Positions 10,222-19,600 of a stretch of 32,000 nt of DNA are shown here, one piece after another. The stretch spans positions 1,290,001-1,322,000 of the forward strand of contig OZ253438.1 of assembly GCA_965261025.1 (NCBI GenBank). The letters run 5' to 3'. Source of the DNA: Chlamydiales bacterium (GTDB taxonomy: Bacteria; Chlamydiota; Chlamydiia; Chlamydiales; SM23-39). The notes under the pieces were generated by a model. The model was not told the DNA's origin, ran no database searches, and saw only the letters and a list, made by a program, of their open reading frames with translations. A program made the position numbers and the translations under genes. Numbering within the stretch: the stretch's first letter is position 1; each line of letters opens with the position of its first letter.

Positions 10222-11232
10222 ATGCCGGTAAGACTTGCTATTAATGGGTTTGGAAGAATAGGGCGTTTAGTTTGTCGTATAGCTTGTAAAACCGAAGGGA
10301 TAGAACTGGTTGCTGTCAATGATTTAGCTGAGGTAGATCATCTGGCTTATTTACTTAAATATGATACTGTTCACGGGAGATTTGAGGGAGAGGTTTCCTA
10401 TGAAGAAAACTTTCTCATAGCAGGAGGGAAAAAAATAGCGGTTTATCAGGAGAAAGAACCAGAGAAGCTTCCTTGGAGGTCTTTGCAGGTAGATTACGTA
10501 GTTGAGTCTACGGGGAAATTTCGAAAAAAAGAAGAGCTAGAAAAGCATCTCAAGGCGGGAGCAAAAAGAGTGCTCCTTTCTGCTCCTGGAAAAGGCGAAG
10601 GGATTCCTACTTACGTAGTGGGAGTAAATCATAGAGAGTATGATGCTCAAAAAGAGCAGATCCTATGCAATGCTTCCTGTACCACAAATTGCTTAGCTCC
10701 TCTCGTTAAGGTTTTATGGGATCATTTTGGCATTGAAGAAGGGCTTATGACTACAGTTCACTCGCTTACGGCAAGTCAGCCTACTGTAGACGGGCCTTCG
10801 GAGAAAGATTGGAGGGGAGGAAGGGCTGCTGGGTATAACATTATACCTTCCTCTACGGGTGCTGCTAAGGCGGTGGTGGAGTGTCTTCCTGAAATGAAAG
10901 GCAAAATTACCGGTATGGCCTTTCGGGTTCCTTGTCTTGATGTTTCTGTGGTGGATTTGACAGTTCGGTTAAAAAAGAAAACTTCTTATGAGGAGATTTG
11001 TAAGGTGATAAGACAGGCCTCAGAAAAGGAAATGAAAGGAATCATAGAATATACAGAAGAGGAAGTAGTCTCTTCTGATTTTATAGGCAGTTCTAGCTCC
11101 TGTATTTTTGATAAAAAAGCAGGGATATCTCTTAACCCGTGCTTTTATAAGTTAGTGGCATGGTACGACAATGAAATGGCTTATGCGCATCGTTTGATTG
11201 ATCTGATATGTCACATGGCATCTAAAGAGTAA
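10222..11232 (+). CDS. gap: Glyceraldehyde-3-phosphate dehydrogenase
   Basis: NGFGRIGR Rossmann motif, active-site SCTTNCLAP, and WYDNEMAY near the C-terminus. Confidence 0.96.
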   Translation: MPVRLAINGFGRIGRLVCRIACKTEGIELVAVNDLAEVDHLAYLLKYDTVHGRFEGEVSYEENFLIAGGKKIAVYQEKEPEKLPWRSLQVDYVVESTGKFRKKEELEKHLKAGAKRVLLSAPGKGEGIPTYVVGVNHREYDAQKEQILCNASCTTNCLAPLVKVLWDHFGIEEGLMTTVHSLTASQPTVDGPSEKDWRGGRAAGYNIIPSSTGAAKAVVECLPEMKGKITGMAFRVPCLDVSVVDLTVRLKKKTSYEEICKVIRQASEKEMKGIIEYTEEEVVSSDFIGSSSSCIFDKKAGISLNPCFYKLVAWYDNEMAYAHRLIDLICHMASKE

Positions 11233-11254
11233 AACTAATAACTAGGGTATATGT

Positions 11255-11962
11255 GTGAATTTTACAAGAGAACCTATCATAGAAACGGTTATTACGCCAA
11301 GAGAAGGCTACCGTTTGATAATTCGAGCAACTAAGGTTGCTCAAGCGGAGGAATATTCCGTAGAAGCAGTTGAAATAGTCTCTTTTGGAGGCTCCATTTT
11401 TTATCGTTCTCTGGAAAGACCAGGGGCTTTTTTATTGCCTGTGGGAGACTACGAGGTAGTAGAAACCAGAGAAACCAAAGTGGCTTTAAAGAGCGCCCAT
11501 TTAGAGCGCTCCATCAAGATCACAGGTTCTAAAGAAGGAAGTGGGACTTCAGAGGCAAAACAGCAAACCAATGAAAATAAAAAGCATCACAGAAAAAAGT
11601 CGAGAAGAAAGAAAACAAGTCAGGAAATTCCGAGAAACAGAGAAGATGGAGTAGAAGAGTCTAATAAAGAAAACGCACAACCCGCTGTTTTCTCCAGGCT
11701 TTTCCCTCCTCCTCCTACTCTTATAAAAGAGACTTTAAATAGGAGCAAAGAAGCAGAAATTGTAGAGGCGAATCTTTTACCTGAGAAGGTAGAGGAAGAG
11801 GTTTCTCCGTTGCCAGAAGTATCTCATCAGGAAGTAGAAAAGGAGAAGCAGGTACCTCTTTCTGAGCCAGAGGTATTACCAGAGCCCATTTATAATCCTG
11901 ATTCTTTGGAGGAAAGTCCTGAAAAAGAAGAAAAAAATTTTTCTTCAGAAAATCAAGAATAA
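11255..11962 (+). CDS. Hypothetical protein: folded N-terminal ~100 aa, Lys/Arg-rich centre, acidic Pro/Glu-rich tail. Possible GrgA (CT504)-like transcription factor.
   Basis: GTG start in the ORF track. Central KKHHRKKSRRKK patch and C-terminal EEEVSPLPEVSHQEVEKEKQVPLSEPEVLPEP. It lies immediately downstream of gap, where I recall CT504 lying in C. trachomatis. The GrgA link rests on synteny and architecture only. Confidence 0.6.
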   Translation: MNFTREPIIETVITPREGYRLIIRATKVAQAEEYSVEAVEIVSFGGSIFYRSLERPGAFLLPVGDYEVVETRETKVALKSAHLERSIKITGSKEGSGTSEAKQQTNENKKHHRKKSRRKKTSQEIPRNREDGVEESNKENAQPAVFSRLFPPPPTLIKETLNRSKEAEIVEANLLPEKVEEEVSPLPEVSHQEVEKEKQVPLSEPEVLPEPIYNPDSLEESPEKEEKNFSSENQE

Positions 11963-11973
11963 AGAGTCTTAGT

Positions 11974-12018
11974 AAAGGGGCTTGTTTACAAAACGAATTT
12001 TTGTCGCAAGTTCCCTTT
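11974..12018 (+). terminator. Long imperfect stem-loop downstream of the 11255-11962 CDS
   Basis: aaaggg/cccttt (11974-79 with 12013-18), cttg/caag (11981-84 with 12007-10) and acaaaa/ttttgt (11988-93 with 11999-12004). No clear T-run follows. Confidence 0.3.
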
Positions 12019-12102
12019 ACACAAATTCTTGAGATAGGAACCTTTCCTTGCTTTTTACCTTTAGAAAAGAGTAAATTGTTGCCATTGCCCACTGTTTATT
12101 TT

Positions 12103-12185
12103 GCTCGAGTGGTGGAATGGTAGACACAAGGGACTTAAAATCCCTTGGGAGAAATCCCGTGCGGGTTCGAGTCCCGCCTCGAGCA
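12103..12185 (+). tRNA. tRNA-Leu (anticodon UAA), CCA not encoded
   Basis: Hand-folded cloverleaf: acceptor GCTCGAG/CTCGAGC; D stem GTG/CAC; anticodon stem AGGGA/TCCCT with loop CTTAAAA (anticodon TAA at 12136-12138); long variable arm GGGA/TCCC; T arm GCGGG-TTCGAGT-CCCGC; discriminator A. Confidence 0.93.
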
Positions 12186-12266
12186 ATCTTGTAAATCAAA
12201 AGTTAGGCAGATTCTAGGATTTATCCTGTGAGAAAGCCATTTTCAATTGTTATCAGGTAGGTAGTA

Positions 12267-13070
12267 ATGAATCATCAAAAACAATGGGTAAAGAGTGTAT
12301 TTGATGCAGCGGCCCCTAAGTATGGAAAAGAAGGAGCGGCCTTTTTTCCGTACTTCGGGAGAAGTTTGGTGGATTTTTCTCAAATTCCGCCAGGGGTTAC
12401 TGCGCTTGATGTAGCAACGGGAAAGGGGGCTGTATTGCTACCTTTAGCGAATCAGGTGGGAGCCCAAGGTTCAGTAGTGGGCATTGATATTAGTCCCAAT
12501 ATGGTTAATATGACGCAACAGCTCTTAAAGAAAAACGGAGTAGATTGGGCACATGTCAGAGAAATGGATGCGGAACAATTGAATTTTCAGGATAATACTT
12601 TTGATTTCGTCTTTTGTGGTTTTGCTCTTTTTTTCTTTCCTTTTCTTGATGAGGCGCTCAAAGAATTTAGGAGAGTGCTTAAGCCAAATGGCCGTCTTGT
12701 TGTTTCAGTTTGGGGTAAAAGACCTAAGTTGAATGCGTGGGTGATTGAAGAAGTTAAGAAGCTGGGGTTTAATAAGAGTTTGGCTACAACGGCTTTACAC
12801 AGCCCTGATGCTTTGAATAGCATTTTACTGCAATCTGGTTTTTGTAATCTCGAGTTCAAAGAGGAGTTTAAAACCTTTTGGCATCAATCCGGCTTAGCTT
12901 GGTGGGAAAGTTTATGGAGTCATGGGACGCGCTCTTTGTTAGAGAGTCTGTCGCAATTGGAGTTAGAGATTCTTCAAAAGCAGGCCATACGTAAAGCAGA
13001 AAAGAGCTGTTCCCTTAACGGAGTTCCCGAAGAAATGCATGCCATCTTTGGAATGGGAACAAAGCAGTAA
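12267..13070 (+). CDS. Class I SAM-dependent methyltransferase (UbiE/type-11-like)
   Basis: Motif I ALDVATGKGAVLLPLA, post-I VVGIDISPNM, FDFVFCGFALFFFP and LKPNGRLVVSVW. Confidence 0.8.
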   Translation: MNHQKQWVKSVFDAAAPKYGKEGAAFFPYFGRSLVDFSQIPPGVTALDVATGKGAVLLPLANQVGAQGSVVGIDISPNMVNMTQQLLKKNGVDWAHVREMDAEQLNFQDNTFDFVFCGFALFFFPFLDEALKEFRRVLKPNGRLVVSVWGKRPKLNAWVIEEVKKLGFNKSLATTALHSPDALNSILLQSGFCNLEFKEEFKTFWHQSGLAWWESLWSHGTRSLLESLSQLELEILQKQAIRKAEKSCSLNGVPEEMHAIFGMGTKQ

Positions 13071-13379
13071 GAAATACGATTATTGCTGCTGGGGTTCTGT
13101 TTTCGATACAGTAGATTAAATGCTAGCGGAGGGTCTTTTGGTAATTTCGTGTAGTAGAAATCGTTTTCAGGATTATGTGTCATGCCAAATTTTTCCCTAA
13201 GCTCCTTCTGAATCCTTTCAGCTAAAAAGTAGCCTTCTTTCTTTGAGAGAGCCGAAGGGAAACAGTAACGGAAGAATTTGCATTCGTCTTTGCAAATAGA
13301 GGTAGGTCCTCATCTTTTAGGTAAAATCCGATTGATCCAGGGATAATGCTTTATTCATACGGATTATTCTGACAAAGCC

Positions 13380-13519
13380 AGAGATCCATCTAAATATTAG
13401 TTTATTTTTTAATAAAGAGATTGTCTATTAAACTGTATTTATTTTATTAGAAGGAAAAGCTGTATTATTAAAAATATATATAATGAGAGTTTTTTGTAAT
13501 TTGGGAAATCTCAAAAACA
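13380..13519 (+). promoter_or_regulatory. A+T-rich upstream region of the giant autotransporter gene with candidate sigma70-type elements
   Basis: Perfect tataat at 13479-13484, 36 nt before the ATG. A ttgtct ... tattag pair lies further upstream. No strong SD precedes 13520. The promoter assignment is a guess. Confidence 0.25.
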
Positions 13520-13603
13520 ATGCCTTTACAATCCAAAAGCTATTTAAGATTTGGTTGTGTTTTTTTAGGGCTATTTTATGTTTTTTCCTTTCCTGTTCAT
13601 GCA
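13520..13603 (+). other. Sec signal peptide of the autotransporter (aa 1-28)
   Basis: Basic n-region (K6, R10), hydrophobic core FGCVFLGLFYVFSF, and a VHA|T cleavage-like site. Confidence 0.7.
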
Positions 13604-16600
13604 ACAGATTTTACCGTAACTAATACGAATGATTCTGGAGCAGGTTCTCTCAGAAATGCCATAGATTCTGCCAATAGTGCTTCTGGTGGGTCTCATCAGG
13701 TGTTATTTCAAGTGGATCTTTCTGGAACCATTACGCTTCAAAGCTCTCTTCCCACTATTACAACTAAGATAATAACTATAGCAGGACCTTCTTCGGGATC
13801 TATCATTATTGATGGGGATAGTACCCATCAGGGATTTTTTATAGAAGCAGATGTGGTTGTAGCAATTAGCAATTTAAGTTTACAAAACATGAGGGCCAAG
13901 GGAGGAAATGGAGGGCCTGGGAGAAGTGGTGGAGGAGGAGCTTTGGGAGCGGGGGGAGCTATTTTCGTAGAAAGTGGAGCCGATGTTTCTATTTCATCGG
14001 TTGCTTTTGGAAGTTGCAGTGCAGTCGGAGGAGATGGTGGAACAGCAAATACAGGAATTCGTTTTAGTGGAGGAGGAGGAGGAGGAGGAATGAGAAATGC
14101 CCCAGGAGGAGATGTAACACAATCTTTAGTAAGCAACATTGGAGGAGGGGGTGGTGGTGGACTAGAGGGTAGTGGAGGAAATGCCCAAAGTGGGGGATCA
14201 GGAGGAGGAGGAAAAAGCAATAGAGGGGGAGATTGTCTTTCTTTAGCATTGATTACGGACGTTGGAGGAGGAGGGGGTGGCGGTTCAGGAGAAAATCCAG
14301 GAGAAACTGGGGATATAATTCCTGGAGGAAACGGGGGAGATGGTTTTGAATCTTCCTCTGGTGGTCAAGGAGGAACAACAGCAGGACAGGATGGTGCTTT
14401 AGGTACGAGTGGAGGAGGGGGTGGTGGCGGTGCATCAAACATTGTAGGGGCTAGCGGCTCTGGAGGTTCTGGCTCAACTCCTGGGGGAGGAGGGGGAGGA
14501 GCCGGAACAACGTTATTATCAACAGGCTCGACAACCTCTGGTACTGGAGGAGGAGGAGGTAAGTATGGAGGAGGTGGAGGAGGGGGCGGAGCTCTTACAA
14601 GTATAAGCGCTTCTGTTACAGCGGGTAGTGGAGGAAATGGAGGATATGGAAGTGGAGGGGGCGGAGGCGGTGGAGCTCTTGTGGCTGCGGGTATTGGTAG
14701 TGCAACAGGAGGTTCTGGAGGAAATAGTACATTTGGAGGAGGCGGAGGAGGGGGAGGTATTGGATTTGGAGTTACCAGTGGAGGAAATGGAGGATTTGGA
14801 GGAGGAGGGGGTGGAAGTGGAGGTTCAACAGGTTTGGGAGGAACTGCAGGCTTTGGAGGAGGCAATGGAGGAAATAGTTCGAATAGAGGGGGAGGAGCTG
14901 GTGCAGGACTAGGAGGTGCTATTTTTATTGAGGGTAGTGGCTTAGTTACCTTTTCAGGAAGTGGGACGTTGTTTTCTTCCAATTCTACTACGGCAGGAAC
15001 AGGAAGTGATGGTGGAGCAGATGGGACTGCAAGTGGAGATGACTTATTTATTCAATCAGGGGCAGAGATTGTTTTTGCTGTTACCGATACCGTAACAATA
15101 GGCAGTGATATTGCAAGTAATCAATCATCAGGAGGAAGTTTTTCCAAATCAAACACGGGTACACTTAACTTAACAGGAAATAATACCTTTACAGGGAATA
15201 TTTCTGTATCAGGGGGGACTTTATCTATAATTAGTGATAATGCGTTAGGTGTTTCTACCAATGCGGTATCGATAAGTTCAGGAGCAGTACTAAATCTTTC
15301 TTCTGATATGAGCTCTTCTAGAGCTTTGACATTGGGATCTGGGGGAGGAGTTTTAAATATATCTCCTTCATTTACGACTACATGGTCTGGGAATATTTCC
15401 GAATCTGCTGTGGCAGGATTCACTAAAGATGGAACAGGAATTCTCACTTTATCAGGCACAAATACTTATAGTGGAGGAACCAATATCAATGCAGGAACAT
15501 TACGTATTGCAAATGATAATTTACTTGGGAGTGTAGGAGGAGGAGTTACTTTTGGAGGAGGGACTTTACATACTACAGCTACCCTTTCTACTGGAAGAAG
15601 TATTGCCCTATCAGGAAATGGCACTTTTGAGGTAGACACCTCTACGAGTCTAACCTGTAGTGGAGCTATTAGTGGTAGTGGGCTGTTAACAAAGTTGGGA
15701 AGTGGCAATCTCATCTTGACAGGCTCTAACAGCTATACAGGGGGAAATGTTGTTTCAGCAGGGGTTTTACAGGGAGATACAACTAATATCTTAGGAGATA
15801 TAGCCAATGCAGGATCAGTGGTATTTGATCAGGGAAGCACTGGAACGTTTTCAGGGGATATTTCCGGAGCGGGCTCTGTTACCAAACAAGGAGCAGGGAC
15901 ACTGATCCTTTCAGGAAGTAATAGCTATAGCGGGGGAACTACGATTTCAGCGGGAGCTTTACAAGGAGATACAACAAGCTTAACCGGAAATATTACTAAT
16001 AGTGGTTCCTTAGTGTTTGATCAGGAATCTCTCGGAACCTTTTCAGGAGATATTTCGGGGACAGGTTCTGTAAGAAAACAAGGAACGGGAATGTTAATTT
16101 TTTCAGGAAGCAATAGCTACAGTGGGGGATTTACCATTTCGGAAGGAGCTTTACAAGGAGATACAACAAGCTTAACCGGGAATATTACTACTAGTGGTTC
16201 CTTAGTGTTTGATCAAGGAAGTACTGGAACGTTCTCGGGGGATATTTCCGGGACAGGTTCTCTTACTAAGCAGGGAACAGGCGTTCTCATTTTATCAGGC
16301 ACAAATAGCTATAGCGGAGGAACCAATATCAATGCAGGAACATTATGTATTGCAAACGATAGTTTACTAGGGGATATAGGAGGAGGAATTACTTTTGGAG
16401 GCGGAAATTTAAATACTACAGCTACCCTTTCTACTGGAAGAAGTATTGCCTTATCAGGAAATGGCACTTTTGAGGTAGATACTTCTACGAGTCTAACCTG
16501 TAGTGGAGCTATTAGTGGTAGTGGACTGTTAACAAAGTTGGGAAGTGGGAATCTTATCTTGACAGGCTCTAACAGCTATACAGGGGGAAATGTTGTTTCA

Positions 16601-19600
16601 GCAGGGGTTTTACAAGGAGACACAGGTAGCATTTTAGGAAATATTGCAAATACAGGATCGGTAATCTTTAATCAAGGAACTACTGGAGCATTTTCGGGGG
16701 ATATTTCCGGAACAGGCTCCATTACGAAACAAGGAGCAGGGACACTGATCCTTTCAGGAAGTAATAGCTATAGCGGGGGAACTACGATTTCAGCGGGAGC
16801 CCTCCAAGGAGATACAACAAGCTTAACCGGGAATATTACTAATAGTAGTTCCTTAGTATTTGATCAGGAATCTCTCGGAACCTTTTCAGGAGATATTTCC
16901 GGAACGGGCTCCGTTACCAAACAAGGAGCAGGGACACTAATCCTTTCAGGAAGTAATAGCTATAGCGGGGGAACTACGATTTCGGTAGGGGCTTTACAAG
17001 GAAATACAACAAGCTTGACAGGAGATATAACCAATAATAGCTCTTTGGTTTTTAATCAAATTAGTACTGGGACTTTTTTGGGGGATATTTCCGGGACGGG
17101 TTCGGTTACTAAGCGAGGAACAGGCGTTCTCATTTTATCAGGCACAAATACTTATAGTGGAGGAACCAATATCAATGCAGGAACATTACGTATTGCAAAC
17201 GATAGTTTACTTGGGAGTGGAGAGGGGGGAGTTACTTTTGGAGGCGGAAATTTAAATACTACAGACACATTTTCTACTGCGAGAAATATTGCTTTATCAG
17301 GAAATGGGGCTTTTGAAGTAGATGCTTCTACAAGTCTAACCTGTAGTGGAGATATTGGTGGTAGTGGGTCGTTAACAAAACTGGGAAGCGGGAATCTTAT
17401 CTTGACAGGCTCTAACAGTTATACCGGGGGAAATATTGTTTCTGCAGGAATTTTACAGGGAGATGCAGGTAGTATTTCGGGGAATATAGCTAATGCAGGA
17501 TCTATTGTATTCAATCAAGAATCTCTCGGAACCTTTTCGGGAGATATTTCAGGGATAGGCTCTGTTACGAAACAAGGGGCGGGGACACTAATCCTTTCAG
17601 GAAGTAATAGCTACAGCGCGGGAACCACAATTTCAGCAGGGACTTTGCAAGGAGATACAACGAGCTTGACAGGAGATATAACCGATAATGCTTCTTTGGT
17701 TTTTACACAAAGTAGTACTGGGACTTTTTTGGGGGATATTTCCGGGACAGGCTCTGTTACCAAACAAGGAGCAGGGACATTAATCCTTTCAGGAAGTAAT
17801 AGCTATAGCGCGGGAACTACGATTTCAGCAGGAGCTCTCCAGGGAAATACAGCAAGCTTAGTAGGAAATATTACCAATAATAGCTCTTTAATATTTGATC
17901 AAGGAACTACCGGAACCTTTTCGGGGGATATTTCCGGGACAGGTTCCGTTACAAAGCAGGGAACAGGCGTTCTCATTTTATCAGGCACAAATACTTATAG
18001 TGGAGGAACCAATATCAATGCGGGAGTGTTGCGTATTGCAAATGATAATTTACTGGGGGATATAGGAGGAGGAGTTACTTTTGGAGGAGGGACTTTACAT
18101 ACTACAGCTACCCTTTCTACTGGAAGAAGTATTGCCTTATCAGGAAATGGCACTTTTGAGGTAAATACCTCTACGAGTTTAACCTGTAGTGGAGCTATTA
18201 GTGGTAGTGGACTGTTAACAAAACTGGGAAGTGGCAATCTCATCTTGACAGGCTCTAACAGCTATACGGGAGGAAATGTTGTTTCAGCAGGAGTTTTGCA
18301 AGGAGATACAAATAGTATCTTAGGAGATATAGCCAATGCAGGATCGGTGGTATTTGATCAGGGAAGCAGTGGGACTTTCTCGGGAGATATTTCCGGAACG
18401 GGTTCCGTTACCAAGCAAGGAGCAGGGACATTAATCCTTTCAGGAAGTAATAGCTATAGCGCGGGAACTACGATTTCAGCGGGGGCTTTGCAAGGAAATG
18501 CAAACAGTATAGTGGGAAATATCACTAACAATAGCTCTTTAATATTTGATCAGGGAACTACCGGAACCTTTTCAGGAAATATCTCCGGGACAGGCTCTGT
18601 CACCAAGCAAGGAGTGGGAACCTTAACTTTTTCAGGAAGTAATAGTTATAGCGGAGGAACTACCATTTCAGGGGGAGCCCTGCAAGGGAATACAGGTACC
18701 ATAGCAGGAAATATTACCAACAATAGCTCTTTAATATTTGATCAGGGAAGCAATGGGACGTTTTCAGGGGATATTTCCGGAACGGGTTCCGTTACCAAGC
18801 AAGGAGCAGGGACATTAATCCTTTCAGGAAGTAATAGCTATAGCGGAGGAACTACCATTTCAGGGGGAGCCCTACAAGGGAATACAGGTACCATAGCGGG
18901 AAATATTACCAACAATAGCTCTTTAATATTTGATCAGGGAACTACCGGAACGTTTTCAGGGGATATTTCCGGGACAGGCTCTGTTACGAAACAAGGAGCA
19001 GGAAGACTTATTTTAGGAGGCAGCAGCAGCTACACCGGGGGGACATCCCTAAATGCTGGAATTTTACAGGTATTCAGTGGGAGCGCTCTAGGAAATAGCA
19101 TAGGAGAAATTGATTTTGCAGGGGGATCTTTGAACACGACTGGAACTTTTACCTTACCACATAATGTTTCGTTATCTTCTGAGGGGATATTTGAAGTGGA
19201 CACTTCGACAACTTTAACCTGTAGCGGTGTTATCAGTGGTAATGGATCTTTGACAAAGCTTGGAAATGGCAGCTTGGTTCTGACTGGATCTAATACTTAT
19301 TTGGGTGGAGCTTCTGTTTCACAAGGGGTTTTGGAAGGTAATACGACAAGTCTTTTCGGTAATACTGTGAATAATGCCGTGCTACGTTTTAACCAGAATT
19401 TTTCAGGATCTTATGGAGGGATTGTTACAGGAACAGGGACGTTAGTTAAAACAGGTTCCGGAAAAAGTATTTTTTCAGGAAATCTTACGCAGAATTTGTT
19501 TTCTGTAGAAGCAGGGACAATGACTGTGAATGGGCAAGTTACAGGTCCAGTTCAAATAGCCTCTTCCGCAGTTTTAGAAGGAAACGGTAGAATAGTAGGT

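Noticed and set aside
11721-12199. Minus-strand ORFs 11721-12092 and 12017-12199
   Set aside because: They overlap the CT504-like CDS and the tRNA-Leu gene on the opposite strand. The second is largely the reverse complement of the tRNA. They have no coding features.
12974-13312. Minus-strand open frame of ~111 codons (ORF track 12974-13183, open upstream to the TGA at 13310-13312) with a Cys-rich CKDECKFFRYC stretch. Possible gene remnant in the 450-nt gap before the autotransporter.
   Set aside because: The only in-frame start is the ATG at 13183, giving 69 aa that overlap the convergent methyltransferase 3' end by ~97 nt. No family was recognised. It could be a decayed pseudogene, but the sequence alone does not support a call.
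13900-14920. The idea that the Gly-rich region is a collagen-like substrate for the LH3-type glycosyltransferase
   Set aside because: The region lacks G-X-Y triplet periodicity and has essentially no Lys in collagen-like context. The link is thematic only and is not claimed.
13828-14982. Long Pro-rich minus-strand ORFs (13828-14220, 14365-14982) and the Leu/His-rich or Glu-rich ORFs 14064-14249, 14253-14438 and 14628-14912
   Set aside because: They are mirror images or frame-shifted readings of the GGN-codon Gly-rich region of the autotransporter (GGN read antisense gives NCC, i.e. Pro). They have no independent start or SD context and lie entirely inside a well-supported 2511-aa ORF.
15121-18243. 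Minus-strand ORFs 15121-15459, 15466-15714 and 17995-18243, the last two near-identical
   Set aside because: They are antisense to the repeat array. Their similarity simply reflects the 843-nt super-repeat (the spacing of 2529 nt is 3 x 843). They are not independent genes.
15140-19550. Regular tandem repeats that might be mistaken for a CRISPR array
   Set aside because: The units are 192 and 843 nt, contiguous with no unique spacers, degenerate, and maintain one long protein-coding frame. No cas genes are present.
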